Shown here: in pieces, positions 35,627-44,362 of the stretch
Position numbering within the stretch: the first letter of the stretch is position 1
Layout: every line of letters starts with the position of its first letter
NCBI GenBank assembly: GCA_050251055.1
Contig: JBFWNL010000008.1
Span: forward strand, 96,001 to 160,000
DNA: 64,000 bases
From: Bacteriovoracia bacterium
GTDB lineage: Bacteria > Bdellovibrionota > UBA1018 > JBFWNL01
Direction of reading: 5' to 3'
Translations under genes and position numbers: made by a program
Notes under the pieces: model-generated
What the model was told of the DNA's origin: nothing
The model's input: only the letters and a program-made list of their open reading frames with translations
Database searches by the model: none

Positions 35627-36634
35627 TTAGCGGACTACGAGCTGAGAAACCGCAGTAGCAACCCCGGTGGCAATCAGGGAGGCGTACTTGAGGTCCAGTC
35701 GCCCATCCACGACATCGCATTTGCGGTGATAGCAAACATCCCCATCGCCACCGAAGAAGTTCTCCGAAAGCACCACGGCCGGGATCTTAGCATTCCAAAA
35801 CGACGCGTGATCGCTGCGATCCGTGCAAGCCTTCACCCGGGTCAGCGGCAGCTCACGCCCCTGGATCGACTCCATGATCGCTTTGGTGAGGAAAACCGAT
35901 TCGCCGCGATCGCAATCAATCAAATGAAATTTTCCGTCCCGGCGCGAATTGTACGCCATCATCTCCATGTGCACGGCGCCGACGACTTGCGCGGGCTCTT
36001 TCAAATCCGCCACGTAGTTTCGCGAACCCACCAAACCCGTCTCTTCTAGATCAAAGGCCACGAAGCGAAGCGTATGCTTCAACTCTAGGTCCTTCAGCGC
36101 TTGGGCGATCAAGAGCGCCGCGATCGTACCCGATCCATCGTCGTCGGCTCCCGCATTCCCTACCGAATCCATGTGCGATGACACGATTAAGACTTTTCCG
36201 CTCGTCCCCTTGCGTTCGGCCACGACGTTCGCGCCCTTGGCGAAAACATGTAGTTCCGCCTTAAAACCCAGCTTTTCGTATTCCTGCATCAGCCACTTGC
36301 GCGCAAGTTCCCGGCCCGCGGCCGTCGATCGCTCCGCGATGCGAACGGTCTGGTCACCCACCGTCGTGTCGCGCGCGCCCGTTAGCTCTTCCAGCTTCAC
36401 GCGAAAATCTTCCGCATCAATTTGAATGGCACTAAGCAGCGTGGGCGCGAGATCAAGCGTGCCGGGTTTAGCATAAACGCGGCGATCAATCGAAATCGTG
36501 CGGTAGGCGTCCCGGTCGGCTTTCCAATCCCGATGGGAATGCGGAGCCGCGTTCGCGGCGCCCCCCGAACCCAAGCCCGCTAGGAGCAAAATTCCGCCGA
36601 AAACCGTGGTACTGAATAAACGCGTCTGCATCAC
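35627..36634 (-). CDS. Secreted M28 aminopeptidase
   Basis: SHMDS, GADDDGSG, EETGL.GS, SDHASF, YH...D. Confidence 0.9.
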   Translation of the reverse strand: MMQTRLFSTTVFGGILLLAGLGSGGAANAAPHSHRDWKADRDAYRTISIDRRVYAKPGTLDLAPTLLSAIQIDAEDFRVKLEELTGARDTTVGDQTVRIAERSTAAGRELARKWLMQEYEKLGFKAELHVFAKGANVVAERKGTSGKVLIVSSHMDSVGNAGADDDGSGTIAALLIAQALKDLELKHTLRFVAFDLEETGLVGSRNYVADLKEPAQVVGAVHMEMMAYNSRRDGKFHLIDCDRGESVFLTKAIMESIQGRELPLTRVKACTDRSDHASFWNAKIPAVVLSENFFGGDGDVCYHRKCDVVDGRLDLKYASLIATGVATAVSQLVVR

Positions 36635-36712
36635 AAATCCCCCTCATTCCCCAGGCCACATCCTAGGCCAAGGGCCCGGGAGTTGGCAACTCGCCCTGCG
36701 ACAAAGCGGGAA

Positions 36713-37894
36713 CTAGACGCGCTTTAGCTTTAACAACGTGATTTCCGAGGGAACTCCCGTACGGACCGGGGGGCCCCAGTAGCCCGTACCGGGGTTCACG
36801 TAGAGCCACATCTTGTCTTTATGCTTGTAGAGCCCCTGCAGGTACGGGTGGAAATGCTTGATGATTTGATTGAGCGGAAAGAACTGCCCCGCGTGCGTAT
36901 GCCCCGAAATCTGCAGATCAAAGCCCGCGTTAAAAGCCTCGTAACAGCTCCGTGGCTGGTGCGCGAGTAGGAGCTTGAACGCATCCCGGGGGGCGTCGCC
37001 CATCGCCGCAACGGGGTCGCTCGTGTGCACGCTGATCATTTGCTGGGCGGAAAAATCCCGCACGCCCGCGACGACGAGCTTCGCCTTTCCCACGTCGATC
37101 ACGCGATGCTCGTTATCGAGCACGTCGTAGCCCAGGCGCCGGAGTTCGGCTGACCACTCCAACACGCCCGAAAAATATTCGTGGTTTCCGCTGCAGAAAA
37201 ACTTGCCGTAACGCCCCTCGAGTTCACCAAAAGGGGCGACATCATGCGATAGCTGAACCACCGGACCGTCCACCAGATCGCCGGTGAGCGCCACGAGGTC
37301 GGGCTCCGCCTCTTGCGCGATATCGACGATTCGCTCGACAAAACCGCGATCAATCGTGGGTCCCACGTGCACGTCGCTGATCTGCACGATCCGAAAGCCG
37401 TCGAGGTCAGGATGCAAGCCAAAGACCGGCACGTCGACCTCCACGAGGTTCGGCCGCTTCACCGCCTCGCGCACTCCCCAAGCCGTGCCCAAGCCCGCCG
37501 CCGCAAGAATCCCCGCGCGGCTTGAACGCAATAGAAACGCGCGCCGGGTGGGATCGAGCGTCTGCTTGCGCACGCGCAAGGCAAAATATCCTAGCCAGCC
37601 CACGAGGTCCGTCACCAGCAGATAAATCAGAACCGCCGCCATGAATCCCATGATGATGTAGGTGCCCCATTGCAGGACCATCAGGATGGGATTGCGAATG
37701 GGCAGCACGCCCGTGCGCAAAAGCGCCGGCCCCGCGATCAAGCCCGCAAAGGCCGTCACGATTACCGCCGTCGCCAGCTTCGCCCACCACCCCCGCCAAC
37801 CCAGGGAGCGAACCATCCGCCGATGGAGGTAGAAACCCATCCCCACCCCAAAGAGCGAAATAATTGAAATAAAAAGGATAAACCGGGTATTCAC
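36713..37894 (-). CDS. Membrane-anchored metallophosphoesterase (YkuE-like)
   Basis: N-terminal TMs; SDVH, GDLVD, GNHE, GHTH.GQ motifs. Confidence 0.92.
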   Translation of the reverse strand: MNTRFILFISIISLFGVGMGFYLHRRMVRSLGWRGWWAKLATAVIVTAFAGLIAGPALLRTGVLPIRNPILMVLQWGTYIIMGFMAAVLIYLLVTDLVGWLGYFALRVRKQTLDPTRRAFLLRSSRAGILAAAGLGTAWGVREAVKRPNLVEVDVPVFGLHPDLDGFRIVQISDVHVGPTIDRGFVERIVDIAQEAEPDLVALTGDLVDGPVVQLSHDVAPFGELEGRYGKFFCSGNHEYFSGVLEWSAELRRLGYDVLDNEHRVIDVGKAKLVVAGVRDFSAQQMISVHTSDPVAAMGDAPRDAFKLLLAHQPRSCYEAFNAGFDLQISGHTHAGQFFPLNQIIKHFHPYLQGLYKHKDKMWLYVNPGTGYWGPPVRTGVPSEITLLKLKRV

Positions 37895-37967
37895 CCCCGT
37901 TTTATACCCCTGAGAGCCCTTGCACTGCCAGGGGTTTTCCGGTAATCATGGGGCTTCGTTAAAAGGT

Positions 37968-38045
37968 GGACCCGTAGCTCAGTTGGATTAGAGCGCCACA
38001 CTACGGATGTGGAGGTCATAGGTTCGAACCCTGTCGGGTCCGCCA
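37968..38045 (+). tRNA. tRNA-Arg(ACG)
   Basis: GGACCCGTAGCTCAG...CCACA CT ACG GA TGTGG...GGTTCGAACCCTGTCGGGTCCGCCA. Confidence 0.95.
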
Positions 38046-38444
38046 TTTCTAAAGTTCCTGTCTTCATTCAAATTCTACAAATAAGTAACTAAGCCCCTGA
38101 GACATCACTACGCGTGCGTAAGCGCACTTTAGAAATGGCGGAGAATACAAAAGGCAAAACGCGAAGCGTTTTGTACCTTACGACAGGGTTCGAAAGGCGG
38201 AAGCCGCCGGGTGCCCGCTTGCGGGCGGCGGCTGAGCCCGGCCTGCAGCCGAAGCGCGAGGAGCGCTGAGAGCGGAAGGCGAACCCTGTCGGGTCCGCCA
38301 TTTCTAAAGTTCCTGTCTTCATTCAAATTCTACAAATAAGTAACTAAGCCCCTGAGACATCACTACGCGTGCGTAAGCGCACTTTAGAAATGGCGGAGAA
38401 TACAAAAGGCAAAACGCGAAGCGTTTTGTACCTTACGACAGGGT
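38025..38444 (+). repeat. Perfect 165-bp direct repeat starting inside tRNA-Arg (period 255 bp)
   Basis: 38025-38189 equals 38280-38444. The copies are separated by a 90-nt GC-rich structured segment. Confidence 0.95.
38046..38444 (+). mobile_element. tRNA-Arg 3'-associated structured fold-back element (same family as 446-808)
   Basis: 38126-38142 is the reverse complement of 38039-38055; 38181-38194 is that of 38023-38036; core 38193-38279 is homologous to 454-540. Mobility is inference. Confidence 0.65.
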
Positions 38445-38470
38445 CGATAAATTGGCAGGTGAGCCAAACA

Positions 38471-40981
38471 TTACCGGGTCCTCACCAAGCGCAGGCCCTG
38501 GATGCCACCTTGGTGGCACTCAGGCACTAACGCTCCCCGGCTAGCTGACCTCAGGTCACGAGCAACGCTAAGCCAACTTCCCCCGCGGTACACACGTTCT
38601 TTGCCGGAGGAAGGCCCCAGAGGGTTGTGGGTGGTGCCCGCGAGCTGCGTATCGCTCAACCCATAGTTCACGTCGTAAAAATCTTGCACCCACTGGTGTA
38701 CGTTTCCATGCATATCTATCAGTCCAAAGCCATTCCTTTTTCCACGATGTAATTCGACCTCATGGGTAATCCGTCCAGAGTTTTCAGAAAACCAAGCGAC
38801 CTCTTTGAGCTTCGTATAAGCGTCGTCATCCTCACCAAAAAAAAAGCTCCCTGGATTCCCTCCACGTGCGGCCCATTCCCATTCCGCTTCAGTGGGCAAA
38901 CGGTATGTAAAGCCATCGTTCGATTTTTTATTGAGATTTCGAATGAATGCCTGGGCCCCATCCCAAGAAACACTGTCAACTGGGTTGTTAGGGCAGATCT
39001 TAAGAACGGGATCAAAAGTATCTGGGCAAAAAGCTTCACCATCGTGGATCGCTCGCACCGTCTCTAATAATCCCGTCCCCCTCATCACACTGTACCATTG
39101 TCGCTGAGTAACGGGGGTAACGCCCATTTCGAAACCATCAACCCTCACCCAGTGCCTCTTTTCGTTTCGATACCGACCGGGCTCCGAATCCGGACTTCCC
39201 ATTTGAAAGGTCCCACCTGGAATCGGAACAAATTCCAGGTCGAGATCGCTTGGCATTTCACGTTGAATCATATCTACTATTTTTCGATAAACATCCGAAA
39301 AAAAGGCTCGGGGGACCGCGTGCGCGTTGACTCTTGACACAAAAGCCTGAAGCTCTGGATAAATGCTCGCTATTTGAATCAAATCTGGAAGGCTAATTCC
39401 AAACTCTGCGGCCGCACGCTTGAGATCCACATCGTTTTCAAAACGATCCGTCAAATAGCGAATGGGCTCAGGATCACCGGAACCCGTACGCTTCACGCCC
39501 GCGTTTTTCATCGCCTCAATAAAACGACGCGAGTCCTCGGTAAACGCGGCCTGGAGCGCGTCATTTCCACGGTAGGTCGAAAAAATCTCGTCCAAGTCCT
39601 CCTGTCTAAAGAGGCTAGTGTTTTTGTCCACATACGCCCGCACTTGATCCGAGCGCCTCTGGATACCTTGGTTGTGGCAGGAGATACAAGAAATCCCGTT
39701 CACAATGACGGCATTCCTCCGCGAAGCATCCTGAACAATCGGAGTCGGAGCTTCATCTATGCGTTGATGGTCCGAAGTCACAAGCATGTAGGCTTGAAGA
39801 CCATTGGGGAGATTCCAGATAATTTCGCCTCCGGCATGCTTAAACTGTCCGGCACCGTCGCCGGGCCCAAGCGGTCGCGAGAACAAATCCGACGCGCCGG
39901 TACTTTCTTTAAAGTCGTAAGACTTCCAATACGCGCCATCTCTGATCTTATGGCGCTCGATCATGCGATTATTTTGCGAAACACCCGAGTCTGTGAAGGC
40001 CGCCCGTAGGACGCGCCTCGATTTGATATCTCTGTCGACATCGATCCCAACCAAATCACGTTCAAGCGCCGTATCCGTATCGGGGATATTTAAGAACTGA
40101 TAATAAAGAGGCGGCCTGGCTGCGGCAAATGCAAACCAATCACCCCTCGTGTAGAAAAGTCCGGTTCCAGTTTGAATTTGAATAAAGCTGACAGCGGAAT
40201 CAAAAGCGTAACCGTAACTCAAATAAGGACTGCTGCCCGCTACCCGATCCCAGACTTGCGCACTCCATCCCAACGCGCCAATATCCACGCGGTAGACCAG
40301 GCGATTGGCATCAATAGCCTGAAGTGGGAAAAGGCTTTCTTGGGAGCTTAGTGAGTTAACCAGCTTTGTGAGAGCATCCCTAAATATATCAAGATCATCA
40401 GCTGAATCACCGGCCGCCGGCAGGTGGGCAAGCGACAGGTAACGAATGTCCCTGCGTTTACGTTCCGGCAACCGCTCTAAGTCCCTTGCGATGGCCCCGA
40501 AAAGATAAGAATAAGACGCCGTACCTGCGTCTTGCAGCACCCGTCCCTTTTCTTCTCCCGCCGTCGACGGGGCACCCGCCTTGATCCAAGCCAAAACGGT
40601 GTCCTTTTCTTTTTGGGTAAGTTTTCGGATTCCGGTCGCCGCAAGCTCATCTTTCGAGAGCTGTCGGACTTTTGGCATTTCATCGCTTTCGATGCGCTGA
40701 TAAAGCGAGGATTGGGCAGGGTCACTTAGATTGATGAAATCTGGGTTGCTCCTAAGTTTTTCAAAATCCAAAACAGAATCGAATCCGCCACGCACTTTTT
40801 TTCCCGGCTCTCCGTGACAGTAAAAACAATTGGCCTTAAAAATCGATTGAACCGAGCGCGCGAGCCTTTCCGCATCGGCATCTTGCGGTAATAGATTGGA
40901 TGCCCACGTCGGCACCGCGACAACGGACACAGAAACGGTCAAAGCAAAAAAGGTAAACGCGGAAAATAGCTTGGAGCGCAT
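38471..40981 (-). CDS. Secreted protein with two c-type heme motifs and a C-terminal FGE-sulfatase/C-type-lectin-fold domain
   Basis: Signal peptide; CFYCH (planctomycete cytochrome c-like) and CISCH; FQMGS, RLPTEAEWE, DMHGNV.QW, RGGSW. Confidence 0.85.
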   Translation of the reverse strand: MRSKLFSAFTFFALTVSVSVVAVPTWASNLLPQDADAERLARSVQSIFKANCFYCHGEPGKKVRGGFDSVLDFEKLRSNPDFINLSDPAQSSLYQRIESDEMPKVRQLSKDELAATGIRKLTQKEKDTVLAWIKAGAPSTAGEEKGRVLQDAGTASYSYLFGAIARDLERLPERKRRDIRYLSLAHLPAAGDSADDLDIFRDALTKLVNSLSSQESLFPLQAIDANRLVYRVDIGALGWSAQVWDRVAGSSPYLSYGYAFDSAVSFIQIQTGTGLFYTRGDWFAFAAARPPLYYQFLNIPDTDTALERDLVGIDVDRDIKSRRVLRAAFTDSGVSQNNRMIERHKIRDGAYWKSYDFKESTGASDLFSRPLGPGDGAGQFKHAGGEIIWNLPNGLQAYMLVTSDHQRIDEAPTPIVQDASRRNAVIVNGISCISCHNQGIQRRSDQVRAYVDKNTSLFRQEDLDEIFSTYRGNDALQAAFTEDSRRFIEAMKNAGVKRTGSGDPEPIRYLTDRFENDVDLKRAAAEFGISLPDLIQIASIYPELQAFVSRVNAHAVPRAFFSDVYRKIVDMIQREMPSDLDLEFVPIPGGTFQMGSPDSEPGRYRNEKRHWVRVDGFEMGVTPVTQRQWYSVMRGTGLLETVRAIHDGEAFCPDTFDPVLKICPNNPVDSVSWDGAQAFIRNLNKKSNDGFTYRLPTEAEWEWAARGGNPGSFFFGEDDDAYTKLKEVAWFSENSGRITHEVELHRGKRNGFGLIDMHGNVHQWVQDFYDVNYGLSDTQLAGTTHNPLGPSSGKERVYRGGSWLSVARDLRSASRGALVPECHQGGIQGLRLVRTR

Positions 40982-41180
40982 AAAACAACCTCCCCCCGCC
41001 AGATGCGGTTTTTTGCAGAATGTTTTAAGCGCGATGAATTATTTAGTAGCAAGCTTTAATCATAGGACAACTGGCTCACCGGTTTACTCAAAAAGCATGT
41101 GAAATCAACAAGTCAGCACCTATCCCCCCCCAAAAAAAATCCACACGCATTCCTACGTGAAATCCGCTATTCCCTAGGTC

Positions 41181-42137
41181 ATGCGAACCCGCACCCTGGG
41201 AAAATCCGACCTCCAAATCGCTCCCCTCGCCTTGGGCGGAAACGTCTTCGGTTGGACCATCGATGAAGCCATGTCTTTTCGCCTCCTCGATCAATTCGTG
41301 GACGCGGGCTTCAACCTCATCGACACCGCCGACATCTACTCCATGTGGGTGCCAGGAAACCAAGGCGGCGAATCGGAAACCATCCTTGGACGCTGGCTAC
41401 GCCAGAGCGGCAAACGGGACCGCGTCGTCCTCGCCACCAAGGTCGGCATGAAAATGGGCGACGGCAGGAAAGGGCTGCGCAAGGCGAGAATCTTCGAAGC
41501 CGTCGAGGAATCCTTGCGGCGCCTTCAGGTCGAGACCATCGACCTCTACCAATCCCACTTGGATGATCCGGAAACTCCCGTCACGGAGACCCTGGAGGCG
41601 TTTGACCAGCTGATCAAGCAAGGGAAGGTGCGGGCCATCGGCGCCTCCCAGATCACCCCGGCGCGCCTACGCGAATCGCTGGAAACCAGCCGCCGCGAAA
41701 ATCTAGCGAGCTACGTGAGCTTGCAGCCACTTTACAACCTCTACGACCGCCACCCCTTCGAGACCGACTTTGCCCCGATCTGCGAGCAATACGGAATGGG
41801 CGTCATCAATTTCTACTCGCTCGCCGCGGGTTTTCTCAGCGGGAAGTACCGCGCCGAGGCCGATCTCACGAAGAGCGTGCGCGGGAATATCCGCATCAAA
41901 GAATCGTACTTCAACGAAAAGGGGCATCGAATCATTCGCGCCATGGATCAGGTCGCCGATCGCCTCCAGGCTCCCCACGCCGCCATCGCGCTGGCGTGGC
42001 TCCGGACAAAGCCCCTGATCACCGCCCCCATCGCCAGCGCCACCCGCCCAGAGCAGATGAACGCGTTAATCCAGGGCGCGGAACTTCAGTTGGATCCGCA
42101 GTCCCTGCGGGAACTAAACGAGGCGACGGAAAACTGA
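41181..42137 (+). CDS. Aldo/keto reductase
   Basis: LGGNVFGW, DTADIYS, ATKVG, IDLYQSH, QPLYNL. Confidence 0.93.
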   Translation: MRTRTLGKSDLQIAPLALGGNVFGWTIDEAMSFRLLDQFVDAGFNLIDTADIYSMWVPGNQGGESETILGRWLRQSGKRDRVVLATKVGMKMGDGRKGLRKARIFEAVEESLRRLQVETIDLYQSHLDDPETPVTETLEAFDQLIKQGKVRAIGASQITPARLRESLETSRRENLASYVSLQPLYNLYDRHPFETDFAPICEQYGMGVINFYSLAAGFLSGKYRAEADLTKSVRGNIRIKESYFNEKGHRIIRAMDQVADRLQAPHAAIALAWLRTKPLITAPIASATRPEQMNALIQGAELQLDPQSLRELNEATEN

Positions 42138-42140
42138 AGG

Positions 42141-43325
42141 CTACTCCGCTTGAAACGTGGAGCTGAGCGTATCAAAGCGAGCATCCACGCCGTGGAACTG
42201 GACACCCAACCCATCCGGCCGTGCCGGATCGTACTGGATCACAATATATTGAGCCGCAATGTCATCGTTCAGGCTCCAATAATTCTTAAGGATGTTTTTG
42301 CGCCAGCTGCAATCCCACCCCTGGAAGCACTTAAAAAGCCGGTCTGCGGATTTACTCCGAATTTCCGCCAACTCTTCCCGACTCGTGGCGGACCAGACGC
42401 CGTCGATGGTGTGATTGAAGCCCATCTTATTGGCGCGTTGATACTGGAAATTAGGATGATGAGCCCACACCAAAAATTCCGTGGCGCCGTTTGCGGCTGT
42501 GCGCATGCCAATCTGGGCAATCACCTGCTTGTCGACGAAACGACCGATTGAACCCCATTGCGACGAATGCCTATAGGCACTACGGTAATCGAAATATTGG
42601 AAATCACCCCAGAAACTAAACTGAAACTCTTCCTTGGAGTTTACCGAATAGACATTATTCGGCTCTTCCACGGGAAACGGTTTATATTCGATCGTGCTCG
42701 TTCTCGCCCAGCTCCGATTGGAGAGCGCCGTCAGCAAATCCTTGCCCGCGGCCGTCAAGTCTTGGAAGCCAGAGGGACGAATAAAGCGCGCGCCTTCCTT
42801 AATCTTGCTGGCGTCTTTACAGGTGAGGTCGATCACCCCAGTTTCCGATCCCGGCGTCGCCACGGCCGTCACGTCTTTAAACAACATAAAGCAACGATCG
42901 TGATCGTAGCCCCAAGGGCGGCCATCCCGGGTCAGCAAGAACACGAACTCGCTTCCCTTGAGCTTCATTTGGTAGGGCCCGCCGTAAATTCCTGGATCGG
43001 GTAAACCAGGATCCGAAAGGCCGATTTCCGAAAGTCGTAGCTCGTCGATGCTCGTGATCGTCAGCTTCTTTAGTTCGCGCAGGTCTTCGGTAGTCGGGGC
43101 GTCTTCCACGGCTTTTCTCCAAACCACGATCTTTCCGTCGGCTAGCTTCCAAGGCCAATCCAGCAAGCCATTGATCGCCCGCCGATAAGTTGGGGAATCC
43201 GAAATATAGATCGCCGTTTGCTTCGCTGCCGCCACCATGCTCGAGGAAACTCCCCCGGCCTGCGTGCTAGCGACGCCGCAGAGTGAAAGGGAAACCACCA
43301 CCACTAATCTGACTACTGACTTCAT
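42141..43325 (-). CDS. Secreted hypothetical protein
   Basis: Start moved to MKSVVR (AAGGAG RBS); signal peptide followed by GGVSS. Confidence 0.65.
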   Translation of the reverse strand: MKSVVRLVVVVSLSLCGVASTQAGGVSSSMVAAAKQTAIYISDSPTYRRAINGLLDWPWKLADGKIVVWRKAVEDAPTTEDLRELKKLTITSIDELRLSEIGLSDPGLPDPGIYGGPYQMKLKGSEFVFLLTRDGRPWGYDHDRCFMLFKDVTAVATPGSETGVIDLTCKDASKIKEGARFIRPSGFQDLTAAGKDLLTALSNRSWARTSTIEYKPFPVEEPNNVYSVNSKEEFQFSFWGDFQYFDYRSAYRHSSQWGSIGRFVDKQVIAQIGMRTAANGATEFLVWAHHPNFQYQRANKMGFNHTIDGVWSATSREELAEIRSKSADRLFKCFQGWDCSWRKNILKNYWSLNDDIAAQYIVIQYDPARPDGLGVQFHGVDARFDTLSSTFQAE

Positions 43326-43553
43326 TCGGAACTCCTTTTGGTGAAAAGGCTTATAGCTAAGTCGCTCTCCACGCTCAATCTTATTCTCCGATACTGACAA
43401 TCTGTTATATGGAATTAATATTTAACTTAATGTTTTTATTGTATTAATCAGTAAAAACTCACGGAGCACTTTGTTTCGGATACTAGGAGTTTTACGGAGC
43501 AGGGCGCTCTTTTGGTTTGACCCGACCGCCGCGACCGGCTAAAAACCGCTTCG

Positions 43554-44357
43554 ATGTTTGAGCAGGAAGACTATCGATATATTTTAAAATCGGAGCTGGA
43601 GAACCGCTGCCGTAAGAATCCTCGATACTCGTTGCGTTCGTTTGCTCGTGATCTAGGACTGAGCTCGGCGCGCCTGAGCGAGATATTGAATCGAAAAGCA
43701 GGCTTGTCCGGAGAGAAAGCACGCGTCGTCGCGAAATCCCTCGGGCTCAACGCGGAAGAGACCGACTTCTTCTATAATCTCGTCGAGGCGGCCCACGCCC
43801 GAAGCCGGATCAAACGCGAGCTTGCCCAAGCCCGACTGCTGAAGTACCAGAAAAATCCTTATCAAAACCTGGAAGTGGATCACTTCCGCGCCGTCTCTGA
43901 CTGGTACCATCTGGCACTCTTGGAGCTCATGACGATCAAAGGATTTCGAAACGATTTGAAATGGATCGCCCGCTCCCTAGACATTCAGGAAACGGAAGCC
44001 AAGCTCGCGATCGAACGCCTAGAGCGCCTGGAGCTGATTCAGCGCAAGGGGAGATCCTGGGCGCCGACCGACGGCTTCTCCACCACTTCGAGCGCCGTAC
44101 CGTCTGAAATGATCCGAAAATTTCATCGGCAGATCTTGCAGAAGGCGCTCACTGCGATCGACATGCAATCTATGGAAAGACGCGACCTCGGCGCCATCGT
44201 GATGTCCGTGAAGCGCGCCGACTTGCCGCGCATGAAGGCAAAGATCCGGGAGTTCCGGCGCGCCTTGAATCTGGAGTTTGGCGAGGCGGTGGATAAGGAC
44301 CGTGTTTATTGTTTTTCCACTCAGCTTTTCGAGTTAACGCAAATGGATCGGGAGTAA
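43554..44357 (+). CDS. TIGR02147/DUF4423-type HTH protein
   Basis: NPRYSLRSFARDLG HTH, SDWYHLALLEL, IRKFHRQIL, C-terminal VY....QLF.L. Confidence 0.85.
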   Translation: MFEQEDYRYILKSELENRCRKNPRYSLRSFARDLGLSSARLSEILNRKAGLSGEKARVVAKSLGLNAEETDFFYNLVEAAHARSRIKRELAQARLLKYQKNPYQNLEVDHFRAVSDWYHLALLELMTIKGFRNDLKWIARSLDIQETEAKLAIERLERLELIQRKGRSWAPTDGFSTTSSAVPSEMIRKFHRQILQKALTAIDMQSMERRDLGAIVMSVKRADLPRMKAKIREFRRALNLEFGEAVDKDRVYCFSTQLFELTQMDRE

Positions 44358-44362
44358 ACGTA

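Noticed and set aside
38280-38300. Classical attR of a prophage or genomic island, or a second tRNA gene
   Set aside because: Only nt 56-76 of the tRNA are present, 255 bp from the original, with no integrase or cargo between; the inverted copies remain unexplained.
38089-38326. Short ORFs over the tRNA-associated elements (also 470-676)
   Set aside because: The differences between copies preserve base pairing; no RBS or protein motif is evident.
38025-38444. CRISPR array or integron attC array
   Set aside because: Only two 165-bp units, no unique spacers or cassette ORFs between them, and no cas or intI gene in the window.
38471-38600. Complete diversity-generating retroelement
   Set aside because: No reverse transcriptase, Avd or template repeat visible in the window; kept only as a remote-target hypothesis.
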